Part shown: piece after piece, positions 47,761 through 57,384 of the stretch
Layout of the letters: each line of letters opens with the position of its first letter
Position numbering within the stretch: position 1 is the first letter of the stretch
From: an uncultured Acidobacteriaceae bacterium
Lineage (GTDB): Bacteria > Acidobacteriota > Terriglobia > Terriglobales > Acidobacteriaceae
Assembly: GCA_964252405.1 (NCBI GenBank)
Contig: CAXUNH010000001.1
Coordinates: 566-64,565, forward strand
Direction: 5' to 3'
DNA length: 64,000 nucleotides
Made by a program: the position numbers and the translations under genes
Notes under the pieces: generated by a model
The model's database searches: none
What the model was told of the DNA's origin: nothing
The model's input: only the letters and a program-made list of their open reading frames with translations

Positions 47761-50739
47761 GTGGCAGATCTCCTTCAAAACATGAATCCGCAGCAACAGG
47801 AGGGCATCACGTCCGTGGACGGCCCGGTGCTGCTGTTGGCCGGTGCGGGCTCAGGCAAAACCCGCGTGATCACGCACCGTATTGCCTATCTGATCGAACA
47901 GCGTGGTGTTGCACCGGACTCGATTCTCGCGGTCACCTTTACGAACAAGGCCGCGAAGGAGATGGAAGAGCGCGTCAGCAAGATCCTCGGACATACAACA
48001 CTGGCGAAGCCGACGCTCGCGACGTTTCACTCGTTTTGTGTGCGCATGTTGCGGCGCGATATCGAAGCGCTGCGCGTCAACGGCAAGGGCCTGACCAGAA
48101 GCTTTGCGATCTACGACGAAACCGATCAGCAGGCTGTGGTGAAGTCTGCGTTGAAGCGGCTTGGCGTCGACGACAAGCAGTTGAAGCCGCGCGTGGCGCT
48201 GGGCCGGATCTCCTGGGCGAAGAACCACATGATCGATCCGCAGGAGTACTTCCTAGCCTCGACGAATCCAATGGAGGAGAAGATTGCGCACATCTTCAAG
48301 ATCTACCGCGAGGAACTCTTCAAGGCGAACGCACTGGACTTCGACGATCTGCTGCTGGAAACTGTGCGCCTGCTCAAATCCAGTGCTGAGGTGCGGGAGC
48401 GCTACAACCGCAAGTATCGCTATCTGCTGATCGACGAGTACCAGGACACCAATCGTCCGCAGTATGAGTTGATGAAGCTTCTGGGCTCGCACGGCAACGT
48501 GTGCGTAGTGGGTGACGAGGACCAGTCCATCTACTCCTGGCGCGGCGCGGACATCAAGAACATCCTCGACTTCGAGAAGGACTTCCCCAACGCACGCATG
48601 GTGCGCCTGGAGCAGAACTACCGCTCCACGCAGGTGATCCTGGAAGGCGCCAGCGCCGTGGTGGCGCAGAACACGCAGCGCAAGGGCAAGAACCTGTGGA
48701 CCTCACGCGAAGGTGGATCGCTGATCGGGCTGTATGAAGCGCCGGACGGCGAAAGTGAAGCGATCTTTATCGCCGACCGCGTGAACAGCTATCTGAAGAA
48801 GGCCGGCGAAACCGAAGACCTGCCGCGCTGCGCCGTGCTGTACCGCACCAACTCGCAGTCACGCCTGGTGGAAGAGGCCCTGCGACGGTATGGCATTCAG
48901 TACCACATGGTCGGTGGCTTCAGCTTCTATGACCGCGCCGAGGTAAAGGATCTGCTGAGCTACTTGAAGCTTGTGCAAAACCCGCATGACTCGATTGCCC
49001 TGCAGCGTGTGGTGAATTCGCCACCGCGCGGCATCGGCAAAACCACGATGGACACGCTGGAGCGCATGGCGCTCGGCACAGGCCTGAGCACGTGGGATGC
49101 GATTGGTCGCGCCATGCAAGACAAGCTCTTGCCCGGGCGTGCCTTGATGGCTCTAGCCAACTTCCGCAAGCTGATTGAAGATGCGCGCGCGATGGTGCAG
49201 CTCGATGGCGTGGGGCTAGCTGAGAAGCTGAGCGCCGATGTAAGCGGTGGAGACCCCGGAGAGCCAGCACTCGCCGGAGCGGATGCTCTCTCGGACCCGG
49301 ATGCATTGCCGTCTGCCGAGTCGGACGCCGCAACGGAGGACGACAGCTTTGACTTCGGCTTCGGTTTCGCCGAAGAAGCGCCTGCGCCCCCCACGGTGAA
49401 GGCCAACGACGCCAATGCAGCCTTCGATACCAGCTTCAACTTCGGCTTCGACTTTGGACCGAGTGAAGAGATCTCCACGGTGGCCGCGGAGAACGCGGTG
49501 CTGAAGGACGCCGACGTGGACCCCACGGCTGGCTTCAATCCGTTTGCGCCGGTGCCGCTCAAGCAAACGGCCGCCGATCGCATTCGCGAGCAGAACAACG
49601 CTCGGCTCGATCGCATCGTGGCCGCCCAGGGTGGCGATCGCGAGGCGGCCAACGAGGCGGACGAACGCGCCTTCCGCAAACCCGGCGATCCTGCCACTCT
49701 GCCTGAGTTGATCAAGTTCCTGAACGATCGCTCCGGCTACATCCGGGCGCTGGAAGAAGAAGGCACGCCGGAGGCTTTCAGCCGGATCGAAAACCTGAAG
49801 GAACTCGCCAACGCAGCGCAGGACGCGACCTCGCGCGGCGAAAGCCTGGCAGAGTTCCTAGACCACGCTGCGCTGGTCAGCGACGCCGACCAGTACTCGG
49901 CCGAGGCGCGTGTCACATTGATGACGCTCCATGCGGCCAAGGGCCTGGAGTTTCCGCTGGTGTTCCTCGCCGGCATGGAGGAGGGCCTGTTTCCGCACTC
50001 GCGCACGCTCACCGATCCGACGCAGATGGAGGAGGAGCGCCGGCTGTGCTACGTGGGCATGACGCGCGCCATGGACACCCTGATCCTGTCGCGTGCGCGG
50101 TATCGCCGCCGTTACGGCAGCGATATGCCCGAGTCCAGCGTGGCTTCGCGCTTTTTGGAGGAGATTCCGTCCAAGCTGGTCGAGGATCTCGGCTCACCGG
50201 GATTCGGCGGGCAGCGTGATGAGTACGGCGGGTACCGGTCCGGCTTCAGCGGCAGCCCTTATGCGACGCCGTATCCTCAAAAGCGGCGCTTCGCCGCTGG
50301 CGACGACGACGGGGGCGAACGGCACTACTCCTATGAGGACGAAAGCCAGGAGCCAGGCGGGATCGGGGCACGCCAGTACGCTTCGCAGCGGTTCGCGTCG
50401 AGTAAATCGGGCCCGGGAGCCGGAGGCGGCGATCGCACAGCCGCGTTCTTCGGCAAGGGTGGGAACGGCAGCTCGGGGGTCGGCAAGGGACCTGGCGGGA
50501 GCGGCAGCGGGCACCAACTGGGCGACAAACGCTACCCAGGCCGCCCCAAGATGGACATTCCTTCCCCGACCGGGCGCACCGGCCTGGGCAAGAATACCCG
50601 GGTCAGGCACCCGAAATACGGCGAAGGGATGATCGTCGGACGAGAAGGGGACGGCGATGACGCGAAGATTACTGTATCCTTTACAGGGCACGGTGTGAAA
50701 AAGCTGGTGGAGAAGTTCGCCCAGCTCGAGCGGTTGTAA
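47761..50739 (+). CDS. uvrD: UvrD/PcrA ATP-dependent DNA helicase
   Basis: AGAGSGKT, TFTNKAA, DEYQD, GDEDQSIYSWRGA, QNYRST, TLHAAKGLEF, EERRLCYVGMTRA; C-terminal Tudor-like RHPKYGEG. Confidence 0.95.
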   Translation: MADLLQNMNPQQQEGITSVDGPVLLLAGAGSGKTRVITHRIAYLIEQRGVAPDSILAVTFTNKAAKEMEERVSKILGHTTLAKPTLATFHSFCVRMLRRDIEALRVNGKGLTRSFAIYDETDQQAVVKSALKRLGVDDKQLKPRVALGRISWAKNHMIDPQEYFLASTNPMEEKIAHIFKIYREELFKANALDFDDLLLETVRLLKSSAEVRERYNRKYRYLLIDEYQDTNRPQYELMKLLGSHGNVCVVGDEDQSIYSWRGADIKNILDFEKDFPNARMVRLEQNYRSTQVILEGASAVVAQNTQRKGKNLWTSREGGSLIGLYEAPDGESEAIFIADRVNSYLKKAGETEDLPRCAVLYRTNSQSRLVEEALRRYGIQYHMVGGFSFYDRAEVKDLLSYLKLVQNPHDSIALQRVVNSPPRGIGKTTMDTLERMALGTGLSTWDAIGRAMQDKLLPGRALMALANFRKLIEDARAMVQLDGVGLAEKLSADVSGGDPGEPALAGADALSDPDALPSAESDAATEDDSFDFGFGFAEEAPAPPTVKANDANAAFDTSFNFGFDFGPSEEISTVAAENAVLKDADVDPTAGFNPFAPVPLKQTAADRIREQNNARLDRIVAAQGGDREAANEADERAFRKPGDPATLPELIKFLNDRSGYIRALEEEGTPEAFSRIENLKELANAAQDATSRGESLAEFLDHAALVSDADQYSAEARVTLMTLHAAKGLEFPLVFLAGMEEGLFPHSRTLTDPTQMEEERRLCYVGMTRAMDTLILSRARYRRRYGSDMPESSVASRFLEEIPSKLVEDLGSPGFGGQRDEYGGYRSGFSGSPYATPYPQKRRFAAGDDDGGERHYSYEDESQEPGGIGARQYASQRFASSKSGPGAGGGDRTAAFFGKGGNGSSGVGKGPGGSGSGHQLGDKRYPGRPKMDIPSPTGRTGLGKNTRVRHPKYGEGMIVGREGDGDDAKITVSFTGHGVKKLVEKFAQLERL

Positions 50740-50836
50740 GTCAGATCGTAGGCGCGCCGGCACAGGATTCAGGCAGCACCCAGCAGCAACGGCAGAGCTA
50801 AGCTCACCGCAAATCAAAGGATCAGGAAGACCCACC

Positions 50837-50992
50837 ATGGCAAACACCACCAAGATCACGGACCGCGTCGAACGCAAGAAGCTCAAGCGCGCCGCCCGCA
50901 AGAAGGCAGCCCCCAAGACAGCCCGTACCTGGGCACGCGGCGAACACAAGCAGAAGGTGAAGAAGCTCTCGCGCGGTCAGTCCAAGCGGTAG
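50837..50992 (+). CDS. Small highly basic protein (51 aa), absent from the ORF track
   Basis: MANTTKITDRVERKKLKRAARKKAAPKTARTWARGEHKQKVKKLSRGQSKR; AGGA RBS; strongly GC3-biased codons; terminator follows. Confidence 0.8.
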   Translation: MANTTKITDRVERKKLKRAARKKAAPKTARTWARGEHKQKVKKLSRGQSKR

Positions 50993-51008
50993 TTCACTGC
51001 AGAAGTCC

Positions 51009-51044
51009 AGAAGAGGAGGCCTTCGGGTCTCCTTTTCTGTTTCT
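51009..51044 (+). terminator. Intrinsic terminator
   Basis: AGAAGAGGAGGCC-TTCG-GGTCTCCTTTTCT followed by GTTTCT. Confidence 0.85.
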
Positions 51045-51061
51045 GCGGTAGGCTGTTGGGC

Positions 51062-51646
51062 ATGATTACCGCCCTTCTGTTTGCGGCAGTCCTGCCCCTT
51101 TCCGGCACCGCGGTGGACTGGTCGCAGGTCGACATCAACATGAGGAAACTCGACTCCGCGTTGGCGCCCGCTACGCTGTCTGCGCGAGAGGTCAAGGCGA
51201 TCCGCCCTCATCTGATCCATTCCTTGGGCGAAGCGTGGCCAGGCTGCGGGAGTGGGGCAGATAACTTCTTTTTCTATCGCACGCCACTGGGTCCGGACGT
51301 GCTGAAGGTGGAGGGTGGGCCGGGCGGCTGCCGCGGTGGCCAGGGCTCCAACGGCGCGCTTTGGCTCATCCGGCGACAGGGTCCCACCTGGCAGGTACTC
51401 GCCTCTCCGGCCGACGGCTTCAGTGGATGGGGACTCGGCCTACAATCTCATCGCACTCAGGGCCTTCCTGACCTGGTCGTAGGGTGGCACATGGGTGCGG
51501 ACGACTTTACGCTCAGTTACTTCCGCTTCGATGGGCACCGCTACCACAGGATCTCCGGCATGGATTTCAAGCCTTGCAACCGCCAGACCGAGACCTATTG
51601 CTTCGCGGATGGCCAGCGCGCACGGAACACGGGGGCGCGTTACTAA
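51062..51646 (+). CDS. Hypothetical secreted protein
   Basis: Signal peptide; paired Cys; PDL...H...Y.FDG..Y pattern. Confidence 0.7.
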   Translation: MITALLFAAVLPLSGTAVDWSQVDINMRKLDSALAPATLSAREVKAIRPHLIHSLGEAWPGCGSGADNFFFYRTPLGPDVLKVEGGPGGCRGGQGSNGALWLIRRQGPTWQVLASPADGFSGWGLGLQSHRTQGLPDLVVGWHMGADDFTLSYFRFDGHRYHRISGMDFKPCNRQTETYCFADGQRARNTGARY

Positions 51647-51661
51647 ACACCACATCCCCTC

Positions 51662-52804
51662 TCACGGCAGCGGCGCGGTTGCCGCGCCTACAAACGAATC
51701 GGCGCACCCGTAGTACATCCACCACCTGCCGCGGAAGATCACAAGCCCCTCGGCGAACGTCGTTCCGGCGGCATACTGCCCACTGCGCTCAAACGGCAGG
51801 CTCGGCGAAAATACCGGCTCCGCGGTGCGGGCGAGGAGTTTGGCTGGATCCTGGGCAGAAAACAATGCCTCCTCCACGCTGTAGGTTCCGGGCTGCAGGC
51901 GCGCATCGCCCGCGGGAGGCGTCGCATTCTTGGCGTTGTACAGCAGGACAACGCCTTGCGGCGTCATCACCGGCGGTGGTCCGGTCTCCGGGAACCCGCT
52001 ATCCGCCCTCCCCGGCCTGGCGCGCAGAAGGACGGTGGGTTTCCCTGGCGCGTCTTCGACGGGGATCCAGTGGATGAGATCGGTCGACGTGGCCAGCCTG
52101 ACCTGGATCTCACCCCAATACATCCAGTACCGCCCGTTGAGGCGCGCGGCCACAAGTTTGTCTCCCCTACGTTCGCTGAGGATGCCTGCGGACTTGTACT
52201 TCAGGTTGTTGTAGCGGCCGCCAAGCGCGCCGTAGAAGGCGGGGCCGTGCTTGACCCAGTAGGTCAGATCCGTGGAGGTGGCGATCCCCACGGAGTACGT
52301 CTGGCGGTCGCGGGACCATTGGGTGTACGTCAGCACGTAGCCGCCTTCGGGCGACTCAACCAGGCGCGGATCCTCGACGCCGCCGGGGACCTCGCGGCTG
52401 CGCTGGTCATCGTCTGCCGGGTACAGCACAGGTTCCGGCATCTGGTCGAAGTGCAGGCCATCGGCGCTCACCGCCAAACCGAGCCGCGACACATGGCCGC
52501 CGATCTGCATGGTGCCGGAGTCGTCCTCCGCACGGTACAGGACATAGATCTTGCCGTCCCGGACGATAGCGGCCGGGTTAAAGGTGTGCAACGCCTCCCA
52601 GTGGACGTCCTTGGCGGTGATCGGGTCACGGAAGAGGGCGCCGGGCTGAGGACGAAGGACAGGTTGGTCGGCCACGCGGGTCCACGGCCCGATCCAGGCC
52701 GCCGTCCCGGTGGGCTTTGACCCGGTCTGTGCGTTGGCCGCCGCGCTGACCGCTGAGCTTCCGAACAGCACGGAGAGCAGGAGGTTAGCGAGTGCGACTC
52801 TCAT
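51662..52804 (-). CDS. Glycoside hydrolase family 130 protein
   Basis: FNPAA, LYRAED, SRLGLA.S.DG, GVEDPR, ETGPPP, FAEGL, YYGCAD. Confidence 0.9.
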   Translation of the reverse strand: MRVALANLLLSVLFGSSAVSAAANAQTGSKPTGTAAWIGPWTRVADQPVLRPQPGALFRDPITAKDVHWEALHTFNPAAIVRDGKIYVLYRAEDDSGTMQIGGHVSRLGLAVSADGLHFDQMPEPVLYPADDDQRSREVPGGVEDPRLVESPEGGYVLTYTQWSRDRQTYSVGIATSTDLTYWVKHGPAFYGALGGRYNNLKYKSAGILSERRGDKLVAARLNGRYWMYWGEIQVRLATSTDLIHWIPVEDAPGKPTVLLRARPGRADSGFPETGPPPVMTPQGVVLLYNAKNATPPAGDARLQPGTYSVEEALFSAQDPAKLLARTAEPVFSPSLPFERSGQYAAGTTFAEGLVIFRGRWWMYYGCADSFVGAATAPLP

Positions 52805-52973
52805 GAAAGCGGAGCGAAGGGTGCGGACATACATTCGGGACGGATCCTCGCCGGTCAGGGGCCCGGTTGCTCTCGCTGCACGACAGTCGAGAGTCACTGA
52901 GGGCCGCCGCTGAAGTTTTGCATACAATCGCTGTAACTGTATCTTCACGATCCTGCGCACGAGGACAGACCAC

Positions 52974-54536
52974 CTGCCCCGCCAAATCTTTGCTACCAAG
53001 TCCATCGACAAACTGATCAGCGAGAGCGAGCGGCCGGAACACGCGCTGAAGAAAACGTTGGGTCCCGTCTCGCTCACGGCGCTGGGTATCGGGGCGGTGA
53101 TCGGTTCGGGCATCTTCACGGTGATCGGAACGGCCATTGGCGGCAACCCGGCGCAGACCGCAGCCCTTTCCGAGTCGCCCGTGATCGACCTTGTTCTGGG
53201 CCTGCTGCATGGCACAGCAGGACACGTGGCCGGTCGTCCTGGCGCGGGGCCGGCTCTGGCGCTTTCGATGGTGCTGGTGGCCATCGTGTGCGCCTTCACC
53301 GGCCTCTGCTATGCGGAGCTGGCCAGCATGATCCCGATCGCTGGTTCGGCCTACACCTACACCTACGCCACCCTGGGCGAGCTTGTGGCATGGATCATCG
53401 GCTGGGATCTCATCCTGGAGTATGCCTTTTCCAACATGAGCGTCAGCGTGGGCTTCGCGGCGCATGTGGTGGATCTGTTGGATTGGCTCGGCATTCATCT
53501 CAATCCTCGCTGGCTCTCCCCGGCGTACCTGCCCCTGGGTCTGCAGGACCTCGCCGGACATGACATCTATAAATCCGGGTGGCACTTCGGCTTCAACATT
53601 CCCGCCTTTCTGATCGTCATCCTCTTGACGGTAATCCTTGTGCGAGGCATTCGCGAGTCTGCCCGCACCAACAACATTATGGTCCTGATCAAAATCATCG
53701 CGATCATGGCCTTCGTGCTGGTCGGTCTCCGGTTCATCCATCCGGCGAATTACCATCCCTTCTCGCCCAACGGCTGGAGCGGTGTGCTGGCTGGCGGATC
53801 AATCATCTTCTTCACGTATATCGGCTTTGATTCGGTTTCCACGGCCAGCGAGGAGTGCCGGGACGCGCAACGCACCGTGCCGATCGGCATCGTCTCTACC
53901 CTGATTGTCTGCACGGTCCTGTACGTTGCCGTGGCGCTGGTTCTAACCGGCATCGTGCCCTGGACGACGGTGATCGGCGATGCTGCCCCGGTCGTGAACG
54001 CGCTGAAGCGGCTCACTGCAGCCACCGGCAGTCCGCTGCTGCACTGGACGCGGCTCTTTGTTCTGCTCGGCGCGATCATCGGCATGATCTCCTCCATCCT
54101 CGTGTTCCAGCTTGGGCAGGCGCGGGTCTGGTTCGCGATGAGCCGCGACCGCCTCTTGCCGGATGTCTTCTCAAAGGTCCATCCCCGCTATCGCACACCG
54201 GCATTTGCGACCTGGATCGCGGGCATTCTCGTTGCCATTCCGTCTGGGCTCTTCGATGTGGGCACCCTTGCCGAGCTGTCCAACATCGGCACACTGTTTG
54301 CCTTTGTGCTCGTGTCCATCGGCGTCCTTGTGCTGCGCAAGAAACAACCGGAACGGCCGCGGGGCTTCCGGCTCCCCGGCGGACCGGTCTTCCCCGTGCT
54401 CAGCGTGATCTTCTGTGTGCTTCTCATGGCAGGACTTCCCATGCGCACCTGGGAGCGATTCTTTGTATGGTTGATTGTTGGGCTTTGCGTCTACTTCCTG
54501 TACAGCCGCAAGCGCAGCGAGTTTTACCATTCCTAG
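52974..54536 (+). CDS. Amino acid permease (APC family); probable CTG start
   Basis: LKKTLG..SL.ALGIGAVIGSGIF, CYAELAS, GSAYTY, FFTYIGFD, MSRDRLLP, NIGTL. Confidence 0.92.
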   Translation: MPRQIFATKSIDKLISESERPEHALKKTLGPVSLTALGIGAVIGSGIFTVIGTAIGGNPAQTAALSESPVIDLVLGLLHGTAGHVAGRPGAGPALALSMVLVAIVCAFTGLCYAELASMIPIAGSAYTYTYATLGELVAWIIGWDLILEYAFSNMSVSVGFAAHVVDLLDWLGIHLNPRWLSPAYLPLGLQDLAGHDIYKSGWHFGFNIPAFLIVILLTVILVRGIRESARTNNIMVLIKIIAIMAFVLVGLRFIHPANYHPFSPNGWSGVLAGGSIIFFTYIGFDSVSTASEECRDAQRTVPIGIVSTLIVCTVLYVAVALVLTGIVPWTTVIGDAAPVVNALKRLTAATGSPLLHWTRLFVLLGAIIGMISSILVFQLGQARVWFAMSRDRLLPDVFSKVHPRYRTPAFATWIAGILVAIPSGLFDVGTLAELSNIGTLFAFVLVSIGVLVLRKKQPERPRGFRLPGGPVFPVLSVIFCVLLMAGLPMRTWERFFVWLIVGLCVYFLYSRKRSEFYHS

Positions 54537-54576
54537 TCAGCTCACCCGAATTCGGTTGTCTGCATCGGACCGAACC

Positions 54577-55062
54577 GTGAGTGCCGATGCTCAAGGACCT
54601 CAGCTTTTCCTTGACTGCGACGGCGTCTTGGCCGACTTCGAGTGGGCTGCCGAACAGATCTTTAGCATGCCGTCCTACGAAGCGCAGATCAAGCTGGGCC
54701 AGCAACGCTTCTGGCGAACGTTGCGCAGGCAAGAAAACTTCTATGGCAGCCTCCCTTTAATGCCAGATGCACGTACGCTTTTCGACGCCGTGGCTCACCT
54801 ACGTCCCGTGATTTTGACCGGCTGTCCGCTGGGTGGGTGGGCCGAGTCACAGAAGCAAGGATGGGCGGCCGAGCACTTTCCGGGGACCCGCATCATCACC
54901 TGCATGGCACGCGAAAAGCGCCGATACCTGAAGCCCAGGGACGTGCTGGTGGACGATAACCCGAAGTTCCGCGATCTTTGGGAAGAAGCGGGAGGAATCT
55001 TCGTCCACCACACGTCTGCGGCCCACAGCCTCAGAGGGCTCCAGTCGCTGGGAGTCCTCTGA
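54577..55062 (+). CDS. HAD superfamily hydrolase (5'(3')-deoxyribonucleotidase-like)
   Basis: FLDCDGVLADF, ILTG, K..W, LVDD, W..AGG. Confidence 0.8.
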   Translation: MSADAQGPQLFLDCDGVLADFEWAAEQIFSMPSYEAQIKLGQQRFWRTLRRQENFYGSLPLMPDARTLFDAVAHLRPVILTGCPLGGWAESQKQGWAAEHFPGTRIITCMAREKRRYLKPRDVLVDDNPKFRDLWEEAGGIFVHHTSAAHSLRGLQSLGVL

Positions 55063-55105
55063 GCCTGAGTGCGGCAGCATCGGTTTGTCTTTGGGCAATC
55101 GCTCG

Positions 55106-55639
55106 CTACGCGACCCCAGTCCTGGAGTCGGACACATCAGGTCGCAGGCGTTTGTACAGGAGACCCAAGCCGATCCCGGAAGCGAGTAAGACCAGGCTTG
55201 CCGGCTCCGGGGTGGGGCTGAGCGTTCCATCGTTTGCCTGCTCGTAGCTACCGCCAGGCAAGAAGACTCCGGACGAATAGCCCAGACACGTAGCCGTGAC
55301 TGTACAGACGGATCCGCCCTGGAAGCCGGCGAGGGTCGCGTCCGGCAGGAGCAGCTCGTAAGTATACCCGTCCTGACTGTCCGTGAACTCCGCCAAGTAC
55401 ACTCCGTCGATTGGCTGGTTGTAGTCGGGTTGCGTGAAGGTGGCGTCCACGATCCCATTCTGGCTCAAGGTGAAGAACGAGCTTTCGACCTGTCCCACCG
55501 TCGTGTCGATGGAAACGATCCCCTGAGCGGTGTAACCGTCGTTTAGATCTGACGAGAGATTAAAGTTGGTAATGGTGTCGGCGTGAGCTGCAAGCGAAAA
55601 GGGCAGCAAGACATGGGCAGCGAATAACGAAGCGCGCAT
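55106..55639 (-). CDS. PEP-CTERM sorting domain protein
   Basis: Signal peptide AAHAD; C-terminal PTPEPASLVLL-TM-KRLR. Confidence 0.88.
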   Translation of the reverse strand: MRASLFAAHVLLPFSLAAHADTITNFNLSSDLNDGYTAQGIVSIDTTVGQVESSFFTLSQNGIVDATFTQPDYNQPIDGVYLAEFTDSQDGYTYELLLPDATLAGFQGGSVCTVTATCLGYSSGVFLPGGSYEQANDGTLSPTPEPASLVLLASGIGLGLLYKRLRPDVSDSRTGVA

Positions 55640-55775
55640 AAGGGATTCCTGGATGAGATAAGCGGGTCATCAGCGACACCGACGCGGATCCTGGTTGGGC
55701 ATCCGTGCGGCGCAACTGAGCCTTACTTGCTCTATCGGCAGGCAGCGGCAAACCTTTATGTCCTAAGTTCGGACG

Positions 55776-57347
55776 TTAGTGCGCGGCCATCTGCTCCGGG
55801 TCCACCTTGGCGCTCTTGGGTGGCAGGCGCATGATCCACACCAGCGGCGAAAGCAGCAGGATGGTGCAGGCGAGGATCAGAAACGCATTCTTGTATGCCA
55901 GCATTGCGGCCTGCTGCTGCATAAGGCCATAAACCTGCGCCATGGCAAGCGGTTGCGCCGCATCGAGCGCAGTGTGGGTGGCGCTGGCGAAACGGCTCAC
56001 GTACGCCGAGATAGCGAACCCCCCGGCGCTGATGTTTGAGGCCAGCGCGAGCTGGTTGACCTGGGAGGAGCGGGCCAAAAAGGTGGTCAGCAGGGCCGTG
56101 CCGGCCGAACCGCCGATGTTACGCGCAAAGTTGGAGAGCGATGAGATCTGGTTGCTCTTCTCCCGCGGAACCCCAACGTAGTTCAAGGTGCTGATCGGAA
56201 TGAAGATGAACGGCAGGCCGATCACCTGGAGCATGCGCCACAGCGTGACGGTTCCGAAGGAGCTGTACAGGTCCAGGCGTGTGAGGTTGTAGAGCCCCGC
56301 CGCAACGGCCAGGTAGCCCATCATCACCATGAGCCGTGGATCGCCCTTGCCCAGCGTGCGCCCGGCGATGGCCATCATCAGCATCATCACGAAGCCTGCA
56401 GGGGACAACACCATGCCCGCGCGTTCCGCTGTATAGCCCAGCAGGGTTTGCAGGTACTGAGGGATGAGCACGGTCGAGCCGAAAAGGACCATGCCCAGGA
56501 TGACTTGCAGAAAGACCGCCGTGCCGAAGTTCCGGTTTTGCAGCAGCTTGAGATCGACGATGGGGTCCGGATGGTTCCATTCCCAGAACGCGAAGAAGAT
56601 CAGGGTGCAGATCGCCATTATGGCGGTGAGCTGGATCATCCCGGAACCGAACCAGTCCTTTTCCTGGCCCTTATCCAGCGTGAACTCAAGCAGCCCCACG
56701 CCCACCGCCACCGCCAGTAGCCCGATGAAGTCGACTGGGTCGCGACGCCTGGTGCGGGCCGTGATCTCCGGTGGGTCCTCGACCATGCGGTTCGATAAGT
56801 ACAGCGACAGCAGACCGACCGGTAGATTGATGAAGAAGATCCAGTGCCAGTTGTAGTTGTCCGTGATCCATCCGCCCAGGGTCGGGCCGATTGCCGGGGC
56901 GACGACGACCGCCATCCCGTAGAGCGCAAAGGCTTGTCCGCGCTTCTCGATCGGAAAGGTGTCGGCGAGGATGGCCTGCTCGCTGGGCGCCAGTCCGCCG
57001 CCCCCCAGGCCCTGCAAAATGCGGGCGAGGATCAGGAACGGCAGCGTGGGCGCGAGCCCGCAAAGGAGGGAGCAGCCGGTGAACACAACCACGCAGGTCA
57101 TGTAGAAGCGCTTGCGGCCGATGCGATTCGAGAGCCAGCCGGAGATCGGGAGAATAACGGCCGAGGAGACCAGGTAGCTGGTCAGCACCCAGGTAGCCTC
57201 CTCCTGCGAAGCCCCGACCGAGCCGGCGATATGCGGCAAGGCCACGTTCGCAATGGAGGTGTCGAGGACCTCCATAAACGTGGCCAGGGTGACCGTCAGG
57301 GCGATCAGCCAGGGATTATGTTTTGGTTTCCAGACTGCTTCCGGCAT
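55776..57347 (-). CDS. DHA2 family (EmrB/QacA) efflux MFS transporter
   Basis: FMEVLDTSIANVALPHI, WVLTSY, GRKR, GPTLGG, W.WIFFINLP, RNIGG. Confidence 0.94.
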   Translation of the reverse strand: MPEAVWKPKHNPWLIALTVTLATFMEVLDTSIANVALPHIAGSVGASQEEATWVLTSYLVSSAVILPISGWLSNRIGRKRFYMTCVVVFTGCSLLCGLAPTLPFLILARILQGLGGGGLAPSEQAILADTFPIEKRGQAFALYGMAVVVAPAIGPTLGGWITDNYNWHWIFFINLPVGLLSLYLSNRMVEDPPEITARTRRRDPVDFIGLLAVAVGVGLLEFTLDKGQEKDWFGSGMIQLTAIMAICTLIFFAFWEWNHPDPIVDLKLLQNRNFGTAVFLQVILGMVLFGSTVLIPQYLQTLLGYTAERAGMVLSPAGFVMMLMMAIAGRTLGKGDPRLMVMMGYLAVAAGLYNLTRLDLYSSFGTVTLWRMLQVIGLPFIFIPISTLNYVGVPREKSNQISSLSNFARNIGGSAGTALLTTFLARSSQVNQLALASNISAGGFAISAYVSRFASATHTALDAAQPLAMAQVYGLMQQQAAMLAYKNAFLILACTILLLSPLVWIMRLPPKSAKVDPEQMAAH

Positions 57348-57384
57348 ATCAGGGCGCTGAGATATAGTATCAGGGGGCTGATAT
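57346..57384. promoter_or_regulatory. Two tandem palindromic operators, probable MarR sites
   Basis: ATATCAG-GGCG-CTGAGAT (57346-57363) and GTATCAG-GGGG-CTGATAT (57367-57384) between divergent efflux and marR genes. Confidence 0.7.

Noticed and set aside
52805-53299. N-terminal extension of the GH130 ORF overlapping the permease
   Set aside because: Signal peptide begins near 52804; the extension is antisense to the permease
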